In this document: one piece after another, positions 1 to 11,452 of the stretch
Layout: each line of letters begins with the position of its first letter
How positions within the stretch are numbered: the stretch's first letter is position 1
Source: Eledone cirrhosa
Taxonomy: Eukaryota
Direction: 5' to 3'
Length of the DNA stretch: 64,000 nt
Assembly: GCA_964016885.1 (NCBI GenBank)
Contig: OZ024740.1
Coordinates: 154,318,001 to 154,382,000 of the forward strand
Notes under the pieces: generated by a model
The model's database searches: none
What the model saw: only the letters and a program-made list of their open reading frames with translations
Told to the model about the DNA's origin: nothing
Translations under genes and position numbers: made by a program

Positions 1-623
1 TTAGATATACCTACACATATATATGAGTGTGATTTTAAATAAATGATTAAGAACAATATACAGTAACGTACTAAATATATTTTCAAAAGTAGAGAATAAA
101 TATATTTATATGAATATAAATCCAACACTAGTGCAAACGTTTCCAGTTTTCTTTCAGTCTCTTCGGGGATCATATTGATATTATAAAATACAGTGGAGCC
201 ACATCTTAACCGATTATAGATAATGTTGTTTTGAACATATGCAGGGTTCATGCCCCCCCCCCCCCATAATAATATTATTTTTCTCCCCAAAGTACTAAAA
301 TACATCTATTTGTACATGTTATTTGTACAACAACTTATGTACATGTTATGTAGAGATAAATTGGAGAGATAGATATAGATATATATTTCTATTTATTTGC
401 CACCAGGGCATCAAAGATTGGGACAAATACAAAGGGGGGAGTTTACATACATTTAAAAAGACGTGTAAAAAACATATAACAAATTAAATTTAACAATCGA
501 TGTCCTCAATAGGGAGGGGCGTTGACATGGGTCGCACACACCCCCGAAAAATTTGCAACCCTCCTCTTCAGGAGTACAAAGAGCGGGTGCTTCCTTCCTC
601 TTCTGATTCTTCTCCTCTCTCAC

Positions 624-3600
624 CTACAGGCTGATATAGAGAGAAGGCCCATTCACTCGGGCCATTCTCGCTACTTTCACCCATCTTTCATAAAACTTGC
701 TGGGGTAGAGCACCTCTCTCTCCATTCTGATCCTTCTTCTAAAGTGGTACTTGAAAAAAAAGACCAGTTGTTGGCCGGAGAGAAAGGTGTCTGACCTCAG
801 CCCTTTCAACCTTGTCCACAATACAACTTCTTTCGCCATGGCTATCACACAGAGGAAAATCGCCTCTCCTTCGTTTTTGAAAGGGGAGGCAGTTTGATCG
901 TGACAAATGTTCTCGGTGGTCAACCGGATTGGTCCCACCCGCGGCAGTAGTCGTTCTACATAGCCCCACAGGTCAGCAACGCCCGGGCAGTGTACGAATG
1001 CGTGTGCGACGGTTTCCTCGTCACGCACGCATCTTGGACAGATCTTCTTCGAGGGGTCCCTACCCGGGCGCCCGTGTCTGTAGAGCTTGTCCCGAACGGG
1101 TAGAGCTCCTCGGTAACATTGCCAAGCTAGGGACGTTTGGAAGTTGTTCATCGGTCCCGGGCCAAACGTCCTACCGAACAGACTGGCCAGCTCGTCTTCC
1201 TCCATGCCTAGAGCCTCTTCGAGAGCGTCGTCGCACTTACTGCGCACCAACCCTCTATAGAATGTTGAGGTTGAGTCTCCACTGATTGCCGGATCCGCTT
1301 GCCAGAGGGCCGTGAGCGCCTGGGCACATTGAATGTGCCAGTCGCCCACTTTTCTCGGTCTTTGCTTGACCCAGGATTGCAGCTCGGTGAGTGAGACGAG
1401 TCTCGGAAAGGCTCGCCTCACAAACAGGGCCCACACCGGCTGACCGGTGAGGAATACCTGGAGGTGACGTAGCCTTAATGCGTGTCTACGCATCGTCAGC
1501 CACGGCTTCCCCAGCCCTCCGTTCGCAGGGTGTTGACAGCAGATGGATCTTCTCACCAAAGGAGCCCGCTTCTTCCAAAGAAATCGGAAGAGCGCGCGCT
1601 CCATTTTGGCGAGTGTTTCCTCTGGGCAAGGCACGACGGTGAAGCGGTAGTAGATGACGGACGCTATATAAGCGTTCGCCACCTCCGCTCGACCTTTCAG
1701 GGATAGTTTGCACTCGGCCCACTTCTGGGCGAGTGCAAACACCTTGCCCGTTACCTCGTCCCAGTTTTTCTCCACCTAGAGGTCCGGTCCAAACCAGACC
1801 CCGGGCAGCTTCACCGGTCCCTCCGTCCAGCGTCCGACGATGCCGTCGGAGGGCATCGTTTTGCCCCTCCACGCCCCGAGTTGCAAACCGACGGACTTGT
1901 CTCGGTTCAGCTTGGCTCCTGTGAACCTTTCATATTCCTCCAGTAAGGTGCCGATCTGCCCGATTTCCGAGGCGCACGACACCATTACTGTCACGTCATC
2001 GGCGTAGGCCGACACCGCTTTCCGCAATCCCGGTTCCAAGGGGATGCCTTGCAACAGCTCCAGCTTCCGCAGTAGTGGCTCGAGAGCCAGCACATACAGG
2101 AGGAAGGAGAGAGGGCATCCCTGTCGAATGGATCGCGTGATTTGGAACGGCTTCGAGAGGTAGCCGTTCACCTTGACCCTCGAGCAGGTGTTGCTGCTGT
2201 GCATTGCAGCAATCCAGCCCCTGAAAACGGATCCGAACCCTGCCGCCGGGAGCACCGCATCCAGGTACCGATGGTCAACCCTATCGAACGCCTTAGATTG
2301 ATCCAATTTGATCAGGGCCCCACCAAAACCGGGTTCGTTCCCTACCCTCTCTACGATGTATCGCATGAGGTGGAGGTTGTCGTGTATGGACCTGGACGGG
2401 ATTGCGCATGTCTTCGCTTCTCCCACCAGGTTCCCGACGACAAGCGCCAACCTCTTCGCTAACACCTTGGCCAAAATCTTTAACTCTGTGTTTAGCAGAG
2501 TTATGGGGCTGAAGTTATCTATGTCATCCCCCTTGTTCTCGTCCTTCCTCACCAGCGTGACTACGCCCTTGGTCACAGAACTGGGAATTCTCCCTTTCTG
2601 TTGCCAGATGCAGTAGACCACCTCGAGGAGACCGGAGAACAAGCCCGGCATCGCTACATAAAGTTCGTATGGTAGACCATCGAGACCCGGAGATTTTCGT
2701 TTGCCTCATTGGCTCAGCGCTTCCCCTATTTCAGCGGCTGAAATCGGCCTCTCGCAGGACTTCGCCTCCCCGTCCGAGAGCCGCGCCAGACCGTCGAGGT
2801 ATGGACCGAAATCCATGGCTCCACCCGGCCCGCCGCCCCTCCCGAACAGTCGTGCAAAGCGCCGTTGAAAGGCCTCGCTCATCCGCTCAAGTTCAAGGAT
2901 TACGCGTCCATCCTGATCCTTCAAAGACCGAATCGTGGACTTGTTTCCACTTTTTGCCTCTGTCACTCGGGCCCAGCTAACAGCTTTGGCTCCCTCGTTA
3001 CCCAGAGCACGTATTTTACTCCTGACAACGCAGCCCTCGTGCTTCGCATCAAAGAACTGGTCTAGGGCCGTTCTTGACGCCAGCACTCCGGCCACGTTGC
3101 CACTCCTAATCGCCTCTTCTACTCTATTTGTTAATTCCCTTTCAGTTCTATTCCTATCTGATGCTAATTGCCGACTAAAACCTATCGATTCTATTCTAAT
3201 TTCTCTCTTGAGAGAGCCCTACCACCTGTAGTTGACAATTGCCCCCGTCAAACGCTGCTTAACTAGTGTGCTAATCCGCTTACTGTAAGCTTTGTTTGTC
3301 GGTAAAGACAAGTTTAGCTTCCAGTAACCGGGTCCCTGTCTATGAGTTCTATCAAGTTTGACCACTCCGGTCACCAACTTGTGATCCGAATAGTCAACCA
3401 TGAACATTCGTGGACAGCTTAATATGTCCCTATCCTTATTTCTAACTAGGAACCTATCTAGGTACGACCTAGATGTTCCGCTGCGATTACTCCACGTCCA
3501 CCGTTGTACAGTCGAAAAATCTATTCGATATCTATCGGCCACATCAAATCGGCCGATTAATCGTTTGAGGCTGTTACACCCCCCCCCCCCCCCTCTATCG

Positions 3601-4037
3601 GGACATGCCCCTACATAGTCCCAACGTGTGCAAGGAGCGAGACGTTCCTAAGAAATTCTCCAGGCGTCGGAAGAAGTCCGGTCGCGGTGTCCCAGATGGG
3701 GCATACGCTGCCACCAGCCTGAAAGCTCCACCTTCACCACTGCTGACGTCTAAAACCACCAGTCGACCCTCCGGGTCCAGGTGTACCTTCTGTGTGGCAA
3801 GACCCAGGTATTTTCGCAGCAGAACGACAACCCGCCCCCACCCATCGGCTGACAGAGAGATGCGTAGATCTCAAAGTCATCGAAGATGGGGGCCAGTTGG
3901 CGCTCGCTGCTGATCCTGGACTCGCAAATAATCATTACATCCACTCTGTGCGACCTGAGGTCATTTAAGAGTTTGCCCTGTTTCCAGGACATCCCCAAGC
4001 CGCGTGCATTCACACATCCAACTCTTATATTGGCCAT
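624..4037 (-). pseudogene. Element A ORF2 (APE endonuclease, reverse transcriptase, CCHC), disrupted
   Basis: MANIRVGCVNARG, SYLDRF and YSDH (APE); LDQSKAFDRV, RQGCPLS and AYADD (RT); CPRC...HAFVHC; broken by TAG at 1776-1778 and several other stops/frameshifts. Confidence 0.93.
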
Positions 4038-4079
4038 GTTGGTACTGAAGAGTTAAAAAGGAAGAGGAAAGGAAGTTAC

Positions 4080-5644
4080 TTACCTCTTCGTCTCCTGGGG
4101 ACCAGGCTGCACAATTTCCATGGGGGTGTTGGAAGGGTTGTTTGGTGGGGGGGGGGGGGACATCAGTGTGTGGTGGGATTAAGGTGTTTGGTGGGGTGTG
4201 GGTGTCTGGTGTGGGGGTGGGGAAACATCTCAATAGGACGCTGTTATGTGGTTTGGTGCAGTTTGTCCCCACATGCATTCGATAGTTCTTTTTCAAAGTT
4301 ACATAGGTTTCCGTTGGGACCCTAATCATCATTAGGTGCGGTTTGTTCGCTGCGTAGGTGAAAGTGATCCCTTCGGTTTCCACCGAAAGGTTATTTTCTA
4401 TCGCTTTCATCAACGTTTTATTGTTCTTGTTAATGTATGTATAGAGTTTTTGTTGTGTTGTGTTTGTTTTTGTTTGTTGTTCTTGTGCGTGTTTGCGTTT
4501 TGTAGTACGTGTTATGTTTTGGGGAGGGGTGGGTTTTTTTATTTGTGATGTTTGTTCTGTTTGTGCTGGTGGTTGTGTTTGTGGCATTTTTGTTAATGTG
4601 GTGCCTTTTTTTTTCCTTTTCACCTGTTGAAAGGGTTCTCCCTCGTCGTCACTGGGTGACGTTGATACGGAGTCCTCTTCCGTGTTGTTGGGGAGGGGTA
4701 TATTTTGGGGTTTTCTTGTGGTTGCTTTTGTATTTGTTGTAGGTGGGGAGGGGTTGGGTGGAACAGTGTTTTGTGCTGTTATTTTTCCGTGTTGTTGTGG
4801 TTGTTGTTGTTGTTGTTGTTGTTGTGGTGGTGGTGGTGGTGGTGGTGGTTGTGTTGTTGTGTTCGGGGTTGGCAGAAGAGCCTTTTTTTTTACTCGTTAA
4901 TTCAGGACAGGCAGCCCTCGGGTGACGCCTGCTTAAGCAGTGGTAACATGACGGCCGCCTTCCCTCCACTGAAATGTTTATATAAGTTAGCCCGTCCAGA
5001 GGCACGCGTTGTGGGATATTCGCTATTCGTTCTGGGCTCATTTGCACCAGAACTTCTACGCTGGTCCCACCAAATACACCTCCGGAGGACTTTCCTATTG
5101 AAATTATCTTGTCTTCGTCAAAGTTAATGATTCCACATAGTATCCACCAAATATTTACATTTGGTGTGATACTCATTATTTTTATTCTTTGTGTCCTTTT
5201 CCCCCTGTATGTGGGGAAAAAGGTGAAGCGGGGGGACACAATGGGTGATACCGAGTACTTTTGAGCTGTTGACTGGTTGTTCATTAGCACCGAAATGCTA
5301 CCAAACAGTTTACCTTTGTGTATGAAGGTTAAGTCCTTCATTGCATCTTTTAGAACCAGTGCAATTCCATTTTGTGATAATTGAGCTGGTTTTCTTGTTT
5401 TGTTCGATATTGTCCTGAAAACTGTGGTTTTCAGGACAGCCTCTCTACGTAATTCCTGTGGAGAATTGATGCTAAAAGCACCGTTTTCGCCAAAAGTCAC
5501 GAATTGTTTTGCGTCTTGTAATAGTTGTTTAGCATTTGTTATGTCTATTGGCGTGTAAAGTTCGTTTTTTTTTACAGTCTGTGCGAATGTTGTTTCGGTG
5601 TTGTTGTCTTTTTTGTTGCTGTCACTGTTGGTAATATTATTCAT
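4080..5644 (-). pseudogene. Element A ORF1 (nucleic-acid-binding, CX2CX4HX4C knuckle), frameshifted
   Basis: EGRRPSCYHCLSRRHPRAAC; poly-Thr linker; the C-terminal domain in ORF 3961-4623 aligns with the element B ORF1 C-terminus. Confidence 0.85.
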
Positions 5645-6084
5645 GTTTTCCTTGGTGTTGCTATTGTTGCAGTTGTTGGTTGTGGTGTTATTGTCATTGT
5701 TCTTGTTGTTGGTGCTGGTATTATTTACCGGGTTTGGTTTCGTGGTTTCAATATTTTTGTTTACGTTTTTCGATAATGCGAGGGGGAAGGCTGCAAGCTT
5801 TGTACTCCTACCTTCCCTCCACCACTTTTCTTAGTGGGCGTGGCACTCACGACAGTGTGCGAGGTGGAAATGACATCCATTGCCACCAAGTCTACAGTTT
5901 TGAGATGAAAATTGAAAGTTTCGCCCCAGAAGGGGGCGAAAATTAGTTGACTCAACGTCTGACGGCCCAGGCAAGGGGTTAAACAACAGAATGTTATTAA
6001 ATTGAGCAATAAACTCACAGTTGTTTTTACAGTAATCCGTAAAAATCCGGAACGAAGTAAATCACGTCTATATCAAGTGGTAAT

Positions 6085-6612
6085 TGATATAGAGAGGAAG
6101 GTTGGGAGAGTGAGTTGTATATTAGATATAGAGAGGGGGAGATATTGATGTTTATTGATATAGAGAGGGGGTTGGAAAAGAGTTCCGTGTAGTAGATATA
6201 GAGAGGGGGCGGGTTCGGAGCGATTGATATAGAGAGGGAGATTGGGAGAGATAAGAGTATTTATAGAGAGTGAGAGACTGTATTAGTCTTAGATATAGAA
6301 AGAGAGGCTGTGTCGTGGTAGATATAGAGAAGGGGGTTGGAAAAGAGTTCCGTGCAATAGATATAGAGAGGGGGGGAGTGTTTGGTGGTAATAAATAGAG
6401 GTAGGTATTGATAAATATATAGAGAGGGAGGGTTTGGTAGTGATGGATAGAGTGAGAGGAAATGAGAGAGAATTTTGTATGGTAGATATAGAGAGAGGGA
6501 TATTTTGGTGGTAATTTATATAGAGAGGGGTTTGGAGAGAGTTCCGTGCAGTAGATGTAGAGAGAGGGAGTGTTTGGTGTTAATTGATATAGAGAGGGGG
6601 AGAGTTTGATAT
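6085..6612. repeat. Degenerate minisatellite with GATATAGAGAGG core
   Basis: More than a dozen imperfect GATATAGAGAG(G) units, some with GAGTTCCGTG spacers. Confidence 0.8.
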
Positions 6613-6909
6613 TTTCTACCCATACTACCAAAACACACATCTATTTGGATATACGCTGCAATTTATGTACATGTTATATTTATCGCATATCGAAGTTTTC
6701 TGACCATTTTAGAGTGCAAAGAGCTAAACTAATCACTACAACTAAATTGTCCAAATTTGGCACCCCCAATTCAGAAATGCTTCCACTGCCCCTGAATCAG
6801 TATAACTTTTAACGCCCTGTGAACATTATAGGTAGTGTGTTTCATTGGAAATATGGTAATGAAAACGTTAAACAAGAATGACTATCAAAGTAAACATTTG
6901 TATTATGGA

Positions 6910-7352
<443 letters not shown>

Positions 7353-7507
7353 TATCTGACTCTGTATTTAAGGAAGTAACTCAGTGGAACACAGAACTTC
7401 TCTATGGATGTCACTGGATTACTCGCCACCGGATTACATTGAGTTCTATCTCGGGTACGGCCCCTACCACCAGAGGTAGACCACACTGAGGAAGATATAT
7501 ATATATA

Positions 7508-7899
7508 TCTTTATATATATAAAAGCGAGGATGTGTGTGTGTGTCTGTGTACAACTTGGCATGCATAAGGCTTTCACAATTACCAACTGAATTTGACCAA
7601 ATTTTCTGTGCACGTTGCACAGGTCGATAAGATTGTCACATCAAATCATTTTTCAAATCGACCCACGTTGAGCAATAAAAAATTGATATCAAAATTATCG
7701 GTAGAAAAATTGATGTAAAGGAGATAACAAACTTTATTGACAATCCTTATAAAAAAGGGAGATAGCCTTTTCACCAAATATATTGAAGACTTCTGCTTAT
7801 TTTGACAGGTTGGGGACAAATAATGTTCTTCTTTTACTTCCTAGCTGTATATTCTTAGCATAATTTCAAACCCCGAGCAACGCCGGGTAAATCTGCTAG
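7508..7899 (+). mobile_element. Non-autonomous Helitron
   Basis: 5' TC, subterminal CCCG-AGCAACGC-CGGG hairpin, 3' CTAG, inserted between A and T. Confidence 0.85.
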
Positions 7900-7958
7900 T
7901 ATATATATATATATATATAAAATGACAATAAAAATTGCAGCATTTTGTAAACTTTATT

Positions 7959-8046
7959 TCATATTACAATTGCTTCTATATCGATCAGCTCGGATTTGAT
8001 AATGCGATCGGATCCCGACTCTTAATCGACACTTCTTCAGATATGA
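7959..8046 (-). ncRNA. Type I hammerhead motif with one core substitution
   Basis: Stem I TCATAT/ATATGA, CTGAAGA, long stem II, GAAGC in place of GAAAC, AATT, GUA. Confidence 0.7.
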
Positions 8047-8511
8047 GAGTTTACATGGGTAGTCTCATCCAAACTACAGCCGCCTTAAACCTGGAGCACA
8101 ACCCAGCGAGAGACGGACCCAGTAAGAGCATCGAGTGTTTCGACCAGCGACGCCGCTGGTAACAGCAAGTTACTGACATGATAGCCTATATATGTCTTTG
8201 CACACGGCACCAGGCAGAATTATTTATTTTATCATTCGCTCTCATTTGGGAATGGTTTTGTATGGCGTCAGTTTGTGATTTGAACTCGGGAATTTTTTAT
8301 TCTCAGAGGGAGAAGAGCCTTCTGAAGATTGGTCCCTTCTCAATGAAATTCCGCTTGGATTTTCCGTTTATTCTGGAGCATGAAACCGCGGTAAAGGCAC
8401 ATATAGTAAGTACTGCGAATTTTTTTTAATTTATTTAAAAACTTTTTCTATATTTGCTAGACCTTGATTTTGAACGTGTAGACGCGTTCTTGAAGCTAGT
8501 AAAATGAGGTA

Positions 8512-8601
8512 TCCTCTTGATAAGTCGGCAGACCTCGCAAGGACTCTATATCTTTATGATGTATTGTTTTTGTTTATGCCACGAAACTACGTAGTCGAGG
8601 A
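8512..8601 (+). ncRNA. Type I hammerhead motif, U3-A8 variant
   Basis: Stem I TCCTC/GAGGA, TTGATAA 8517-8523, stem II GT-C-GGCA...TGCC-AC, GAAAC, palindromic stem III ACTACGTAGT, GUC 8594-8596. Confidence 0.8.
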
Positions 8602-8763
8602 ATCTAGGAGCAGTTTAGGTATGATACATTTTATTACTAATTATATCTAAATGTTTCTTCTCTCTTCATAATGTATATATATATATATATATATATAAAG
8701 TATTTTATTTTTTTACTGATTTCAATCATTAGACATATTTTATTACTTTTAGTGACGGTACAC

Positions 8764-8891
<128 letters not shown>

Positions 8892-9139
8892 CACTTTGAT
8901 CACCTTGACCGACCAGTCTGTCGAGCGCCTATCGGCGCCGCTGGTCACAGCACGTCGTGCTGTTTTAGCCATAAGATAACGCCATCCCACTGGCTGGGCG
9001 GGCAGGCCGATATATATTTATATATATATACTAGCAGAAATACCGCCCCTCAACCGGTTTTCTGCTAACATATGTAGTGTGCATATTGGTATTATACGCA
9101 AATATATATATGTAAATTGAAAAGTAAATTGACAATATC

Positions 9140-9735
9140 TTTTTCTTCTTCATCCACTTATTTCTGAGAGAGTCGTAGGGGCAGAGTTCTTCTCAAAAAC
9201 TCCTTCCAGCGCGTCTGTCAGAAGCAAACATCTCTAACTGATACAGCTGGATCCCAAAGCATCACCAGCTAAGCTCATGGATGTTATCCAACTATCTTGC
9301 TCAGGGTCTACCTCTGGGTCTCTTGACGGTTGGTTTTGCCTGTAAAATGTGTCCAGCGATTCTTTACTGAGACATTCTAACCACATGCTCATAATATCGG
9401 AGTTGTGATTTCTCCATTTGGAGAAGTAGTGGCTCTACAGGAGTGACTCTCTGGTCTCTGAGTTATGCATTTTATCGAGTAACGTTACTCGATATTTGCA
9501 ATTGTATTCTTTTGGTCATTACTCAAGATTCACGATCCTCAGTAAGAGTTCGGGGGAATACCAGGAAGACAGCGAGTTTGGCTTTTGCACCTACCCCCTT
9601 CTTCTGATTGCTGAATGCTGAGGCTGGCGCATCACTGCATCAGCTTTTGCAATTCTTGTACTTAATTCAGCCTCCTGCATTCCATCATTCATGAACACGG
9701 CTCCAAGATACTTGAACTTCTCTAACTGCTCCATT
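9140..9735 (-). mobile_element. RTE-clade LINE 3' fragment
   Basis: Minus-strand translation EQLEKFKYLGAVFMNDG; ends in a short GAA-repeat tail. Confidence 0.7.
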
Positions 9736-9954
9736 TACATGTATATAAAATTTGAGAAATTTCTCTCCACCCGTCCATCAGATAATGTGTTTGTGTGTTT
9801 GTGTGAATGTATGTGTGTGTAAAAGGAAGGAAAGGGATACACACATATATATGTCTAACTTAACAGTGACACACACACGTTTTCTCTAATTTAAGAACGT
9901 CGACAAACTCACGCGCGCGCACATACACACACTATCCTATTACCATTCAAGAGC

Positions 9955-10392
9955 TTTGGCCCGGGTAAACATCCCTCAATTTTGGAACTGTCTGGGTTGT
10001 CCAGAATTGGTGGGAAACGACTTGACGGTCATACTCTGTGCCCCTGATCAAGAGGCGGGTGCCTTACCTGGGACGTCACAGTTAGTGACTCTTTTGCTTC
10101 TTCCCACATCCTGGATGCAGCCATAAGGGCGAGGGCTACAGCATCCGCAGCTGAACGGAACAAAAACCTAAAATACCGTGTTCTGTCAGTTAACTACATT
10201 ATCCAGCCTGTGGCGTTCGAGACGTTTGGAGGAGTCGGGCTACTGACAGCGAGGTTCGTATCTTCACTGGCGGCTCGCCAAACAGAGGTAACTGGTGATG
10301 CTCGTGAGGGCACTTGGTTGTTGCAACACCTCAGCCTCGCCATCACCCCAGGTAACGCTGCGAGCGTGCTGGCTTACCTCGAAAATTATTAG
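9955..10392 (+). mobile_element. CRE-like LINE restriction-like endonuclease fragment
   Basis: GKRLDG...LTWDVTVSDS...AAERNKNLKY...PVAFETFGG...LSLAITPGNAASVL. Confidence 0.7.
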
Positions 10393-11160
10393 AGAGGTTT
10401 CCCAGTGCTCCTCGCTATATTGCTATCTTTTGCTCTGGTAGGGTCTCGTTAACCACTCTTTCGCCTGCATATTGTTTTGTGGCCTAAGATGTGGTTATTA
10501 CGTGCTTGTGTGTTTTTCTCTTTCTTTCTTTCCTTTGTATATATTATATTTGTTAGTGTTTTCGTTCTGTAATCATTATATTAAATTTTTATAGAAATGT
10601 GTTTTTTAAAAAAAGAGTTAAACTGTGTTGCTAATAAATAAATAAAACGTTCTACCCCCCCATTTCCAATTCACCGAACGCCATCATGACTGTATGTGTC
10701 TGTTTGTGTAAATGTATGTGTGAATGTGTGTTTGTGTGAATGTTTTTGTGTGAGAGTATGTGTATTTATCTGAATGATAATATCCGTGAGGGTGTATTTT
10801 TATAAGTTTTGTTTGCGGGATTATAGTTATATACTCATACATATAGATGTATGTATGTACATAATCATACGCGTCAGCGTGTAGAAAGTCATAATCACTC
10901 TATCTCTCTTTCTATATATATATGGTAGTTGAAGTGGTGGTGGCGACGATATACCGGAAGTCTAGAAATTTGTAATTTTGGAAAGAAGTCAATTTTAAAT
11001 TATTTATAAATACGAAATTTAGTTACGAAATTTAGTACATAAATTATGTAATATTCAAAGTAATCGAACTTATTTTACAAACGAGATAAAAAAAAATATT
11101 CTGGATGAAGTCCCGCACTCCTTTCTTTATTATAGTTTAGATATATATATATATATATAT

Positions 11161-11452
11161 AATATAAAACGAAAAATCAGTGATGCATCTGGACTCAATT
11201 TATTGTGTTACAATTGTATCGCCGGCAGACAGCTCAAGACACGATCATTGTATGGATCTGTCTGATTCTAGAACTGCAGGTTCGTCGGACACTTCCAATA
11301 ATTTCGGAATAAATTTTCTCACTGGGGTTTTAGCTTCAAAAAGCATCTTCCTCGCTTGTCCTGCTGTTGGCTGTTGTTTTTCTACGTCATCATAAATTCT
11401 GGCCAATAATTGCTGCCATATTGTTCATCAGCTACTCTCCGTCCAACACACT
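11161..11452 (-). repeat. Inverted terminal-repeat copy (partner at 17415-17712) fused to the 5'-truncated PLE ORF
   Basis: About 290-bp imperfect reverse complement of 17415-17712; mutated hammerhead at 11205-11292 (GATAC). Confidence 0.9.

Larger units (their letters stand above)
386..6070 (-). mobile_element. L1/Tx1-type non-LTR retrotransposon, near full length (element A)
   Basis: 5' UTR, ORF1 with CCHC knuckle, ORF2 with APE, RT and C-terminal CCHC, 3' UTR ending GCCCTGGTGGCAAATAAATAGAAA; homologous to element B at 28038-33896. Confidence 0.93.
9031..11141 (-). mobile_element. Non-autonomous Helitron containing RTE and CRE-like fragments
   Basis: Minus strand starts TCTAAACTATAATAAAG and ends CTAG; 10605-11060 matches 49185-49795 in the sister copy. 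Confidence 0.75.

Noticed and set aside
135-175. Minus-strand CCGAAGA...GAAACGTT hammerhead-like motif
   Set aside because: No stem I and only a weak stem II.
8322-8365. CTGAAGA...GAAAT motif
   Set aside because: No stem I partner after a plausible NUH.
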